A stretch of DNA of 64,000 nucleotides from Bacteroidales bacterium. Its GTDB lineage: Bacteria > Bacteroidota > Bacteroidia > Bacteroidales > VadinHA17. The position numbers and the translations under genes are program-made. The stretch's first letter is position 1. The number at the start of each line of letters is the position of its first letter. Of this stretch, positions 19,216-28,932 are shown in pieces. Under the pieces are notes generated by a model. The model ran no database searches and had not been told where the DNA came from. It was given only the letters and a program-made list of their open reading frames with translations. The stretch is from contig JALHSP010000074.1 of NCBI GenBank assembly GCA_022865305.1, positions 18,413 through 82,412 on the forward strand, given 5' to 3'.

Positions 19216-20031
19216 TTACTCAAGAATAATCCTCCTTGAATCAAACGCCCAGGCCGCAAAATAACCCAGTGCACCATTAGTAATGTTTGATATGGGATTA
19301 TATGGAGTTGGAGGCATCACCCTTCTTTTCCAGAAAAGGATATCATTCAATTGTAAAAAATAGTTATAGACAGATTTATCAATGGAGAAAACCTGCACAT
19401 CAATTTCACCACCTTCATAAAATATACTTTCTGAAAAACTAATAATATTATTAGTATTGTTAATGATACCATCGTTGGTCTTTTCTTCAGTTAGAAGATA
19501 ATAACTGTCTTCTGCCATTGCACCATCCGAAATGAAGCGAACCAAATAGAAATTATCTGCATCGGGATTATCACTGAATTCGCACGTAATTGTGAATACT
19601 GTCTCTGCATTTGGATTTAATATGCTTTGTGATTGAGATTTAGTATAGCTAACTGAAATTAAATTTGTTTTCTGAGGCATGTATGAAATACCTTCATAAA
19701 TAATACCGTCATGTACTATCTCAATCTCGTAATTTTTTCCTTCAGTCCCAATAACGGAATCACCAATATAAAATCCATTACCAGTATAGCTCAGTTCCTG
19801 ATGTGAGGTTCCATCATTTATTATTATGCTGGCGTCTTCAATACATTGAGGTTCCTCCAGAGAAAAATAACTCGTAGTCTGAGTTAAACGGACAAGGCAG
19901 GTTGAGTCTTTATACATTTTACCTTCAACAACAAATGCAGGGTTAGCCGAATTCAGGTCGATATTAACTACCTCCTCACATGAAGCAATAATAATTAATA
20001 TAGAGATTGCGACTAAAGAATATTTGCTCAT
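19216..20031 (-). CDS. DUF4249-like lipoprotein, the usual partner of CarboxypepD_reg-type TonB receptors
   Basis: The internal ATG gives MSKYSLVAISILIIIASC|EE. Sits immediately downstream of the TonB-dependent receptor, as is typical for this pair. Confidence 0.65.
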   Translation of the reverse strand: MSKYSLVAISILIIIASCEEVVNIDLNSANPAFVVEGKMYKDSTCLVRLTQTTSYFSLEEPQCIEDASIIINDGTSHQELSYTGNGFYIGDSVIGTEGKNYEIEIVHDGIIYEGISYMPQKTNLISVSYTKSQSQSILNPNAETVFTITCEFSDNPDADNFYLVRFISDGAMAEDSYYLLTEEKTNDGIINNTNNIISFSESIFYEGGEIDVQVFSIDKSVYNYFLQLNDILFWKRRVMPPTPYNPISNITNGALGYFAAWAFDSRRIILE

Positions 20032-20041
20032 GAAACTTATT

Positions 20042-22351
20042 TTAAAACCTGAAATTATAGGTGATTGAAGGGACAATACCAAAGAGGCTTAGCTTCACTG
20101 CCTCTGTTGCTCCAGATAAAGTTTTGCTTCCGCGGAAACTAATTATATATGCGTTATGTCTGTTGTAAACGTTATAAACTGAGAAGGTCCAGTCCGACTT
20201 ATACTTTTTGAGATTCTTCCCATGTAAGGTCAGGCTGAGGTCAAGTCGGTGATAGGGAGGCATACGGTATCCATTTCGCTCAGTATAATAGGGTACAGGA
20301 TTATTGTCCACAATATACTTTCCGCTAGGGAAGGTAACTGCATTTCCCGTGGCATATGTCCAAACGCTTGATGTCGTCAATCGCTTACTGAGCTTATAAA
20401 TTGCAATAAAAGACACGTCATGTGTCTTATCAAACTTCATCGGATACCAGGAGAAATTGTTTATTCCTTCTATCTTAGCTTCTGCTCTTGACAGTGTATA
20501 GCTTATCCACCCTGTAAAATCTCCATACTTTTTCTTTATATAAAGTTCAAACCCATAGCTTCTTCCCTTTCCTGTAAGAATCTGCGATTCTGCATGCTCA
20601 TCAAAGATTATTTCAGCTCCATCTTCATAATCAACTGTATTAATCATGTTTTTGTAATAAACTTCTATTGATGTTTCAATGCTATTATTCAGAAAATTCC
20701 TGAATAAGCCTGCAGAAACCTGATCAACTAATACTGGTTTCAGATTATTGCTGCTCGGCATCCATACATCTGTAGGAGAGCCTGTTGTAGTGTTAGACAG
20801 AAGGTGTAAGTATTGTGCCATTCGATTGTATGACAACTTGATGGAACTTTTATCACTTAATATATAATTTACTGAAAGTCGGGGTTCAAGAGCAAAAAAG
20901 GGGTAAGCAGCTTTACCCGAACTATAATACGTTGAATCAACCGGCTCATTTTCTGGATTATATTTATAGAACCAACCCGGACCTATTTGACTAAAAATAG
21001 AAAACCTGAGACCATAATTTGCATTTAATTTTGATGTGATCTTATGTTCGCCTTGAACATATAAAGCACCTTCAAAGCCTCTTTTCTCCCTTAGAGCTAC
21101 TTCGAAGTCAATGCTATCATTAGTAGTTATTTCTCCTGGTCTGAACATGTGATAAGTAATATTCATGCCACTTTTTAAAGTGAAGTCCGGATTAATATAC
21201 CACGTTGCATCTTCTTTAAAGCTCAGGTCTTCAATGCCCGATTTAAGTCTCATGCCAAAAAGGCCGGAAATAAATCCATAATCATACTTGCTGTAAATCA
21301 TTGAGGTTTTGGAAAAAAGTTTCTTACTTAAGAGATGATTCCATCTTATTGTTCCTGTAGTATTTCCCCATATGGTTCCAACATCATTACCTAGTTCAAA
21401 TACATCTTTGCCAAAATAACCTGAAATAAACAACCTGTTTTTTTCATTAATAGTATAATTGAGTTTAGCATTAAAATCGTAGAAATAGAACTTCATATCA
21501 TGCCTGACCAGATCCTCGGGGAACAGAAGCCTGGCAACCAGATCACCATAGGTTCTTCTTCCTGACACAATAAAAGACATTTTATCTTTTATAATCGGGC
21601 CTTCAAAGGTCAAACGAGCAGAAATCAACCCTATTCCACCTGAGCTGCTGAATGTCTTGTTATTCCCATTATTCATTGTAATATCAAGCACAGACGATGC
21701 CCGGCCACCATAGCAGGCAGGTATGCCTCCCTTGTAAACAGTTACATCCTTTATAGCATCAGAATTAAATACTGAAAAGAAACCCATTAAATGAGAGGAA
21801 CTATACACTGATGCTTCATCAAGAAGAATCAGGTTCTGGCCCATTGATCCTCCACGCACATTAAAACCGGTGCTTCCTTCAGCCGAGCTGCTTATACCCG
21901 GAAGTAACTGGATTGTTTTCAGAATATCCTTTTCACCAAAAATAACAGGTATGGTTTCAATCTCCTTCAGATTCAATTTCTCAATACCTATTTCAGCCGA
22001 TGTGATCTTTATATCATTTCTTTCAGAGAATATAACAACTTCATCCAATGCCGTTACGGAAGGTGAAATTTCAATATTTAATATCTGGTTTTTATTAAAC
22101 TCCAATTCAAATTCCTTTTTTTCGTAACCTATATAACTACATCGTATTGTATATGTGCCTTCAGGGAGTGAAAGCGAATAAAAACCATATGAATTAGTTG
22201 CAACGCCTTTGGCAAGTTCAACCACCAGTACTGATACACCAATCAGGTCTTCTCCTGTTTCAACGTCAGTAATTTTCCCACTCACAGTATAGGTTTGCTG
22301 ACCAAAAGTCAATACAGGAAATAACGCAAAAAAAATGAATACTCTTTTCAT
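20042..22351 (-). CDS. TonB-dependent outer-membrane receptor with N-terminal carboxypeptidase-regulatory-like domain
   Basis: Signal peptide, then YTVSGKITDVETGEDLIGVSVLV..TNSYGFYSLSLPEGTYTIRCSYIGYE (CarbopepD_reg). Plug region follows (LPGISSSAEGSTGFNVRGG). The beta-barrel ends in an aromatic residue (..YNFRF). Confidence 0.9.
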   Translation of the reverse strand: MKRVFIFFALFPVLTFGQQTYTVSGKITDVETGEDLIGVSVLVVELAKGVATNSYGFYSLSLPEGTYTIRCSYIGYEKKEFELEFNKNQILNIEISPSVTALDEVVIFSERNDIKITSAEIGIEKLNLKEIETIPVIFGEKDILKTIQLLPGISSSAEGSTGFNVRGGSMGQNLILLDEASVYSSSHLMGFFSVFNSDAIKDVTVYKGGIPACYGGRASSVLDITMNNGNNKTFSSSGGIGLISARLTFEGPIIKDKMSFIVSGRRTYGDLVARLLFPEDLVRHDMKFYFYDFNAKLNYTINEKNRLFISGYFGKDVFELGNDVGTIWGNTTGTIRWNHLLSKKLFSKTSMIYSKYDYGFISGLFGMRLKSGIEDLSFKEDATWYINPDFTLKSGMNITYHMFRPGEITTNDSIDFEVALREKRGFEGALYVQGEHKITSKLNANYGLRFSIFSQIGPGWFYKYNPENEPVDSTYYSSGKAAYPFFALEPRLSVNYILSDKSSIKLSYNRMAQYLHLLSNTTTGSPTDVWMPSSNNLKPVLVDQVSAGLFRNFLNNSIETSIEVYYKNMINTVDYEDGAEIIFDEHAESQILTGKGRSYGFELYIKKKYGDFTGWISYTLSRAEAKIEGINNFSWYPMKFDKTHDVSFIAIYKLSKRLTTSSVWTYATGNAVTFPSGKYIVDNNPVPYYTERNGYRMPPYHRLDLSLTLHGKNLKKYKSDWTFSVYNVYNRHNAYIISFRGSKTLSGATEAVKLSLFGIVPSITYNFRF

Positions 22352-22395
22352 TCTTTTAATCTTCGTGCATTACTGTATATCAGGATTAAGACAAT

Positions 22396-22423
22396 GAACT
22401 CTGAGTCTGGAACTCTGAACTTT
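22396..22423. repeat. short heptamer array (GAACTCT-type, 4 units)
   Basis: gaactct gagtctg gaactct gaacttt in the intergenic region upstream of the TonB receptor gene. No complementary arm found. Confidence 0.4.
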
Positions 22424-22456
22424 TAAATGTTCTGCTCCACACTAGCTGAAAGGTGA

Positions 22457-22479
22457 TTCTTCAAAGGCATCTACATTCG
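22457..22479 (-). other. 23-nt exact copy of a DegT 5' coding segment (identical to 18508-18530); remnant reads ..SGPNVDAFEES..
   Basis: ttcttcaaaggcatctacattcg occurs at both positions. Flanking sequence keeps weak similarity for ~10 more nt, then diverges. Confidence 0.7.
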
Positions 22480-22588
22480 GACCAGATGGAAATTTGATTA
22501 AATTTTGCGGTATTGTCTTGCGGCTGAACAGGGAATTTTATATTTATGATTATAACCATAAAGGAACAAAATCCTGGTCACATTTTTT

Positions 22589-23173
22589 TCAGGCTCCTCG
22601 TCTGAAAATTGTCTGCAGGATAATCACAATATCGCCAAAGAAACTCCTGTTCATATAGTACTGGAGATTTAATCTTACTTTATCTGGCCATAATACATTA
22701 TCATTATATTCCTGTGGAGAAGATACATAGGATAGAAGCTCTTCTTCATTGGCATATTTTAAGGATGCCGGGCCTGTAATTCCGGGACGAAGTTCAAGAA
22801 TCTTTTTTTCTTCACCGGTAAGCTTATTTATATATTCAGGCAAGTCAGGTCGCGGACCGACAAAACTCATATCTCCCTTCAGTACATTCCAGAGTTCAGG
22901 TAGTTCATCCAGCTTATATTTGCGCAATTTTGTTCCAAGTGGTGTTATACGGCTCTCTCCCCTGACCGAGATGCTGCTTCCTCCATGGTCAACAACCATT
23001 GTTCGGAATTTATAAAGTATAAATAGCTTTCCATGCTTCCCTGCTCTTTTCTGGCAGAAGAACATAGGCCCCGGCATTCGCATCCTGATTAGTAATGCTA
23101 TTAATAAAAATAGCGGAAAAAGAATGAGCAGCCCTAAAAATGAAGCGATAATGTCAAAGAGCCTCTTAATCAT
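22589..23173 (-). CDS. undecaprenyl-phosphate sugar-phosphate transferase (small PglC/WbaP-C-terminal-type initiating enzyme)
   Basis: MIKRLFDIIASFLGLLILFPLFLLIALLI.., KFRTM, DELPELWNVLKGDMSFVGPRP. Confidence 0.9.
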   Translation of the reverse strand: MIKRLFDIIASFLGLLILFPLFLLIALLIRMRMPGPMFFCQKRAGKHGKLFILYKFRTMVVDHGGSSISVRGESRITPLGTKLRKYKLDELPELWNVLKGDMSFVGPRPDLPEYINKLTGEEKKILELRPGITGPASLKYANEEELLSYVSSPQEYNDNVLWPDKVRLNLQYYMNRSFFGDIVIILQTIFRRGA

Positions 23174-23182
23174 TATTCAGGA

Positions 23183-23245
23183 AGGTATTCAGTATTCAGT
23201 ATTCAGTATTCAGTATTCAGTCATCTAATTACCGATCACGGATTA
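23183..23245. repeat. heptamer array: GGTATTC followed by four perfect AGTATTC units, then attaccg-type units; left side of cassette B
   Basis: ggtattc agtattc agtattc agtattc agtattc agtcatc taattac cgatcac ggattac. Confidence 0.85.
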
Positions 23246-23624
23246 CTGTTCTTAATGCAAAAGGTTGAGGATTTATCAATCATTTTTTGAGGCATTCTTC
23301 CGATGGATTCACATTTATGCAATAACCGCTCAGTCTCTTCTGAATCAATATATTGACACTCTTCTGATACCTCAATCCAATGCTGGGTTTCCATCTGTTC
23401 AGCATCTGCATCTGTCAGCTTTGAAATAAAATGCATCTCGTATCTTCTTTTCCCCAAGCCTCGGCGATTTGCGCACCAATCGATCTTGAAGATCTTCTTA
23501 TCTGGTCAGTTAAGGAATATTTTTCTTCTTTTGGAAAGTTTTTACTCACAAAATATATTGCCTTAGCAACTTCCCGTGAAAGTTTATATACCTCAAGATC
23601 CCGAAAACTTGTCACATACACCAT
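23236..23624 (-). pseudogene. four-helix-bundle (23S rRNA IVS protein family) gene split by a 1-nt frameshift in a G4A4 run
   Basis: ORF 23415-23624 (..KEEKYSLTDQIRRSSRSIGAQIAEAWGKE) continues in another frame as ORF 23236-23457 (GKRRYEMHFISKLTDADAEQMETQHWIE..). The switch lies at ttttcccc, 23447-23454. Confidence 0.8.
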
Positions 23625-23644
23625 TATTACTTTATTTTACAAAT

Positions 23645-23686
23645 AGTACTGATTACCGATTACTGAATACCGATCACTGATTACCC
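23645..23686. repeat. heptamer array (ATTACYG-type, 6 units), right side of cassette B; overlaps the stop codon of the GNAT gene
   Basis: agtactg attaccg attactg aataccg atcactg attaccc. The reverse-complement units cagtaat/cggtatt match the left-arm CAGTATT register at 5-6 of 7 positions. Confidence 0.8.
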
Positions 23687-24279
23687 TCATGATTTTTTAT
23701 AAATTCCACCAGCAAATAATCATTCTGCAATTCCTTAAGTATAACCATCGTTGTGTTTTTTAAATGTGCCCACATTACAGCAGTATTATGTCTTGAGATG
23801 GTTGAAAGACACCTGAAATTCATCCTCCAGGCTGTCTCATACATAATATTATTCATTACCCTCCCTATTTCACGCCCTCTGTAATTTACATCAATCAGCC
23901 TCCCCACAAAGCACTTCTTATTCAAAAAGAAGCGCAGAAAAAAATATCCAACCAGTTTATTTTCACTAAATGTTCCCATCATCAGAAAGGCATTTTTTCT
24001 CAGCTGTTGTTGAAGAGAATTCAAGTCGAATTCATGTGGATGGAAAAAATCAAGATCCGGGACAGGCTGAGATTTTATTAGGTCATAAAGCTGGATCATG
24101 TCATCGGAATTAAGTCTTCTATAAGAAAACGGAGAGACAGAAAACTCATTGAACACATCCGGTAATATTTTTTCCATCTTGTATTTAAATAAAATCATGA
24201 ACAGGAATCCATTACCCCACTCTATTAACTTCCACAGAATACTAAAATGATGCTTAATGAAGATCAGAATTTTTTCCAT
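23674..24279 (-). CDS. GNAT-like acetyltransferase
   Basis: ..LVGYFFLRFF..VGRLIDVNYRGREIGRVMNNIMYETAW.. (R-G-x-x-I-G acetyl-CoA loop). Confidence 0.6.
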   Translation of the reverse strand: MEKILIFIKHHFSILWKLIEWGNGFLFMILFKYKMEKILPDVFNEFSVSPFSYRRLNSDDMIQLYDLIKSQPVPDLDFFHPHEFDLNSLQQQLRKNAFLMMGTFSENKLVGYFFLRFFLNKKCFVGRLIDVNYRGREIGRVMNNIMYETAWRMNFRCLSTISRHNTAVMWAHLKNTTMVILKELQNDYLLVEFIKNHEGNQ

Positions 24280-25286
24280 TACTGATACTTTTCCAGTTCA
24301 TTCTTAAGTCCTTGCTTAACAGGTAGTTGCCAAAGCAGCTTACACCAGTTATGATTGCCTTCAATAAGTTCAGGGCCCCCAGAGGTTACAGCTATATCCC
24401 AGCCAACTGACCTGTTTTCAGGTGTATGAAAAGCAGCTCTTTCAGCCAGATCAATAACCTCATTCCAGAAAGGAATAACAAATCCTGTAATAGGCTTTCC
24501 TGTCACAGGATGAATGCTGTGTTCCGGTTTCGTGATATCGCTATATACACCTATGCCCGTTACGATCCCGGTCTGCAAGTCAATGGCTGCAGCAAGATTA
24601 CCTGCAGCCATATTGTCAACATGGGAATTTACTGAAATCCTTAAACGGGCGCCAAGAAAATCGACATGACCCCCGGTCATCTGAGTAATGATTCTTACAC
24701 TATTAAGACCTGATGGCGACAGATCCATCAAGGCTGGATTCTGGACAATATACTCTTCGACAAGATCATAACCCTTTTTCTCCATATGATCAATAAGGGA
24801 GGCGGGAGAGTAATCAATACAGCTAATTACTTCAACTTCGGCACCAATCTGTCCCCGCGAACCTTTAATTACAAGTTTACCCGATTTATTTGCCAGAAGT
24901 TCTTCGATTTTTCTGCTGTTACCTTTAAGTGTTTGAATATCAGAATAGCGTCTTCTTATGAATGACTTAAAATGATTTAAAAATTTTATTTTGTCTGAGA
25001 GGACTTCCCTGGATCCTACTGGATTCATTTTCAACTGGTACTCATACATGTAACCAGTTCCAGCCCATTGAGAGCGTTCGGAATTATCCTTTGAGAAGAA
25101 TCTGAAACAAAAATAATCCAGTAAAGAAATATTATACTTAAACACTGAATAAACTGAATCTGTCAGCAGGTTGATTTTAGATTTGCCTGAAGATTTTGAT
25201 GCATGGCTTAGAAACCTGCCAAACTTCTGAAAATCGAGTTCTTTAATGTAATACAGCAAATAAACAAAAGGTCCTTTAAGCATCAT
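24279..25286 (-). CDS. sugar-transfer-associated ATP-grasp family ligase
   Basis: ..SPSGLNSVRIITQ.., NMAAGNLAAAIDLQTGIV, HPVTGKPITGFVIPFWNEV, VGWDIAVTSGGPELIEGNHNW are typical of the ATPgrasp_ST / alpha-L-glutamate-ligase-related family. Confidence 0.75.
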   Translation of the reverse strand: MMLKGPFVYLLYYIKELDFQKFGRFLSHASKSSGKSKINLLTDSVYSVFKYNISLLDYFCFRFFSKDNSERSQWAGTGYMYEYQLKMNPVGSREVLSDKIKFLNHFKSFIRRRYSDIQTLKGNSRKIEELLANKSGKLVIKGSRGQIGAEVEVISCIDYSPASLIDHMEKKGYDLVEEYIVQNPALMDLSPSGLNSVRIITQMTGGHVDFLGARLRISVNSHVDNMAAGNLAAAIDLQTGIVTGIGVYSDITKPEHSIHPVTGKPITGFVIPFWNEVIDLAERAAFHTPENRSVGWDIAVTSGGPELIEGNHNWCKLLWQLPVKQGLKNELEKYQ

Positions 25287-25353
25287 TTATGTCTGGTTTC
25301 AGGTTTAATTAATATCTAAGCTGAATATCGACTCCCTTTTTTTTATCTCATTA

Positions 25354-26472
25354 TCAGTCATTTGGATATATTTCACCCAGCATTTCTGCAGAACTGACGA
25401 ACTCGGTATCGGGCCAGTTTCTTACGATAGTATCAAGTAAAAGTTTCAATTCTCTCAATCCTTTTTCTCTGTTACTTTGTTCGATCCCCCCGACAAAGTT
25501 TACTCTGTGCGTGCTGATATTTGCAGGTTTGTTCCAGCGAAAAGCTGCTTCTATTTGTTTAAGAGTTAGATCAATTCCGCGATATCCCGGATCGGTTGGT
25601 TCAAAGGCGCAGTTTCTTGTATAATATATCAATCCATGTGATGTCTTTTTACCGTTTCTGAAGTACTTATATTTTATCCTGCCGTTTTTCCCAGGTATAG
25701 GATTGAAGGTACTTGCATAAATGTATTTTACACCTGTTTCAGCAAGAGTCTTCTCAAAAACAGGATGGAAAATACTATTGCCTGGTACAAAAATCCGTGG
25801 AGTGTAGCCAAAAATATCCTTAAAAAGATGAACCCCTTCAGAAATAGCAGCTTTAAGAAACTCTATCTGCTCAGGGTTGTTAAAATAGAATTCGGAACGG
25901 AATTGATTAAGAACCGGATTTATTCCGTCAATACTTACAGCAATAAATTCATGCTCAAACGCTTCCCTGACAACCTGATTACCCTCACGCAACTTTTGCA
26001 GCCAGAATTGAACCGAAACATGTTCCCGGCCATGTATTTCAGGAATAAAGATCCCAAGTTCCATCCCTTTTTCCCAGGTGTTGAATGTATCAGGATCACG
26101 GTTATATCTCTTTAATGTCTCAATAAATGGCTCATAGAAATATTCAGTGAAATCGCATTCTTTTATTCTTTTAAAGTCAGGATTGGCGACATTTGTTACC
26201 GCAGTCATAACTGCTCCATGACCATTTTTATCCTTAACACTTAACAATATCTCAAATAGATATTCAAGGTCTTGTTTATCAGCCAGAGTATCAAACCTGT
26301 TAAACCTGTTTTCAGTTATGGGAATGTTTGCCTTGAGGATTTTATTATAAACCTCCTTTGATGGCATCCGGATACTTCCCCAATCATCACACTCAATTAC
26401 AAGAAGTTTTCTTTTGCTTCTCTTGCCCTGCAGGTTTTTTAAATTTAGTACAAGGATGTTCTTTAAATCCAT
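25354..26472 (-). CDS. conserved hypothetical enzyme-like protein ('DDWGS' family), paralog of 35155-36258
   Basis: The track start is GTG; ATG is at 26472. Motifs LLVIECDDWGSIRMPSKEVY, IPEIHGREH and STHRVNFVGG are shared with the paralog. Possibly a deacetylase/hydrolase-fold protein (inference only). Confidence 0.65.
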   Translation of the reverse strand: MDLKNILVLNLKNLQGKRSKRKLLVIECDDWGSIRMPSKEVYNKILKANIPITENRFNRFDTLADKQDLEYLFEILLSVKDKNGHGAVMTAVTNVANPDFKRIKECDFTEYFYEPFIETLKRYNRDPDTFNTWEKGMELGIFIPEIHGREHVSVQFWLQKLREGNQVVREAFEHEFIAVSIDGINPVLNQFRSEFYFNNPEQIEFLKAAISEGVHLFKDIFGYTPRIFVPGNSIFHPVFEKTLAETGVKYIYASTFNPIPGKNGRIKYKYFRNGKKTSHGLIYYTRNCAFEPTDPGYRGIDLTLKQIEAAFRWNKPANISTHRVNFVGGIEQSNREKGLRELKLLLDTIVRNWPDTEFVSSAEMLGEIYPND

Positions 26473-26545
26473 AGTCACCTAGATAATTGAAATTCTTTTT
26501 ACTGTTTTTGAAAGAAGTGAATATTACAGCATACCTAAAAATGGA

Positions 26546-27415
26546 CTATAGGTATTTAACCGGCAAATTTCCTTGCTTTTCAATTTCTTCAATAATATCA
26601 TTTATTGGCTTAAAGTTGAATTCTTTTACCAGATATTCAAGTTTCTTTTCGACACTTTTCTTATTTAGCCGGTACAGCATTAATGGTAATCTTTTTTGTA
26701 ACTCTGATGATGATCTTGCTTTGTAAAAAAAGTCCGGATATTTTTCTTTGTCTAGTTCATACGGATGAAGATAGACAATAGCCGGACGATGTTTTTGAAT
26801 GGAAAGAATTGCTTCCCTGGTAAAACTATATGGCAGATATCTTAAATATCCCCCTCCGCAGGTCGGGACTGTTCTTCCCATGATATTAACAACAGATAGA
26901 GGGACCTCGATTAAAGAATTACCATTTTGTAATTCCAGGCGGACAATATCCTTACAAAATCCTGGCCAACCATAACGACTTGCTTTTGCAGGCATGATGC
27001 TGCTGTCATATTTGAATCCCAGTTCTGAGATTACCTCCAAAGCCCATGAGGTACTCTCTGAAATTGAAAATGCAGGAGCACGGAAGCCATAAATCCTTGT
27101 TCCTGTAATCATCTCGATTAATTCCTTGGCTCTGAATATCTCTTTTTTCGCTTTGTCCCTGCTTAATTTGAAAAATTGATCATGATAAAACCCATGAACA
27201 CCGATCTCATGTCCCGCATTGGCAATCGATTTTACCAGGTCAGGATACGTAGCAGCAATTTCACCCAGAATAAAAAAAGTGCCTCTGACTTTATTTTCTC
27301 CAAATAATTTAAGCAGGACATTGACATTTTTTAGGACCCTTTCTGTTGGAGGCATTTCAATATGAAAGTAGTCATGCATCAGAATATTAAGGCCATCCTC
27401 AACGTCTATTGACAT
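26546..27415 (-). CDS. polysaccharide deacetylase (CE4, DUF3473-containing subfamily)
   Basis: The track start is TTG. ATG at 27415 gives MSIDVEDG.. The NodB-type motifs are FFILGEIAATYPDLVKSIANAGHEIGVHGFYH. The C-terminal extension matches the exopolysaccharide-locus subfamily. Confidence 0.85.
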   Translation of the reverse strand: MSIDVEDGLNILMHDYFHIEMPPTERVLKNVNVLLKLFGENKVRGTFFILGEIAATYPDLVKSIANAGHEIGVHGFYHDQFFKLSRDKAKKEIFRAKELIEMITGTRIYGFRAPAFSISESTSWALEVISELGFKYDSSIMPAKASRYGWPGFCKDIVRLELQNGNSLIEVPLSVVNIMGRTVPTCGGGYLRYLPYSFTREAILSIQKHRPAIVYLHPYELDKEKYPDFFYKARSSSELQKRLPLMLYRLNKKSVEKKLEYLVKEFNFKPINDIIEEIEKQGNLPVKYL

Positions 27416-27490
27416 AATGGAAGATTCCTTATGGTTTCCGTTTTTACTACAAATACCCTTAGCTATCAATACAGCTTGACATTTTAAGAC

Positions 27491-28843
27491 TTAATGCACT
27501 GGCATTATCTTCTTCAACCATAATGGATAAACTATTAACGGAACTAAGCACGTAACGGTGAGAGCTATTGATACTCCGATTACATTATTCAATAATTTTG
27601 AAAGAACAATAGAAAGAGTAAGGAATAATCCAATATTTATTGGTGAAAGAATAGCATTTATTATCATCTTACCAGTACCAAGAACTATAATTGAATTAGA
27701 GAATTGTAGTATGTTTATAATAGCGAAGACTCCAATTGAAGCTGACAGGATAAATGGTATAGTCACCTTGTCTCCTATCCAGATATGGTAAATAAATTGA
27801 TTGAATATTATCATAATTATAGTTCCGGCCACAATCATCAGTGACATCTTATTGAGTTTTTTTTGCATCAATCGTATCCAGTTGTAATCTTTCTTTGTAT
27901 AGGCAAGTGTGATAAGAGGTTTTATCGGCATAACTACCAGGCTGATAATCATGATTGGTAAATTAAACATGCTGTAGGCAATGTTGAAAATGGTGACTTC
28001 ATTTGGACTGAACAGATGAGCTACTACAAACGGGACAGAACCGTAAATGATCAAGAAAGTAAATGAACTCACAAAACTTTGCAGACTCAAAACCATTAAA
28101 GATCGTGATTCGCTTAATTTAATCAATTTAAACGAAGGTCGGAAATGAGGGAATCTGTAAAAATAAGTATAGACAGTAGCAATTACATATACTAGAACAG
28201 GTATTCCTGTGACAATAGTCGCCAATAAAATGAGATTACCTTTATCTGCCCATATTGTAGCAACCCATATCAAAAACAAAGAAACAGAACTAGTTATTAA
28301 ATGGATCAGGCTCTCTGCAGTACTATTTCCATGTGCCAGATAAACCTGATTAACTGTTTTTAAAATAAAACCAATTACAACGAAGGAAACAGTAATTGTA
28401 GTTAACCTGACTAATTCAGATTGGGAGATTATTGAAGTGTTTAAAACACTCTGCCAATCTAAATAAGGATTGACAAAATAAAATACTGTCAGCACTAAAA
28501 GAAATATACCTCCAATAATTCCATAGGTTGTGCTGACATGGATACGCCCTTTCTGATAATCTTTCAATGCTATTGCTTCAGAAAGTTTAAGCCGCATTCC
28601 GCCCCCTACTCCTATATCAGCTAATCTGATCCAGTTGACAATAGTCGTTAAGGTCACCCATATCCCATACTTTGTCTGGTCGAGAAAACCAAGAACTATT
28701 GGTACATATATAAGAGAAATTACAACGCTGACAAATTTAATAATAGAAGTAGCACTTACCTGTTTAAAATAAACTGAACTTAACTCGTGAGAACCTACAG
28801 TCCGAGTCTTTACTTTTGTATATAATTGTTTAATACTTTCCAA
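27491..28843 (-). CDS. wzx: polysaccharide flippase (MOP/Wzx family)
   Basis: About 12-14 hydrophobic helices and a typical Wzx-like size (450 aa). The start codon is TTG according to the track, so the exact start is uncertain. Confidence 0.75.
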   Translation of the reverse strand: MESIKQLYTKVKTRTVGSHELSSVYFKQVSATSIIKFVSVVISLIYVPIVLGFLDQTKYGIWVTLTTIVNWIRLADIGVGGGMRLKLSEAIALKDYQKGRIHVSTTYGIIGGIFLLVLTVFYFVNPYLDWQSVLNTSIISQSELVRLTTITVSFVVIGFILKTVNQVYLAHGNSTAESLIHLITSSVSLFLIWVATIWADKGNLILLATIVTGIPVLVYVIATVYTYFYRFPHFRPSFKLIKLSESRSLMVLSLQSFVSSFTFLIIYGSVPFVVAHLFSPNEVTIFNIAYSMFNLPIMIISLVVMPIKPLITLAYTKKDYNWIRLMQKKLNKMSLMIVAGTIIMIIFNQFIYHIWIGDKVTIPFILSASIGVFAIINILQFSNSIIVLGTGKMIINAILSPINIGLFLTLSIVLSKLLNNVIGVSIALTVTCLVPLIVYPLWLKKIMPVH

Positions 28844-28932
28844 AAAGAAATAACTTATATATCGGGCTCTTCCGGAATGTCAATGTCTGATTAACGTTGA
28901 ACCTGGGAGTTTAAATCTGTTAAGTTCACCTC

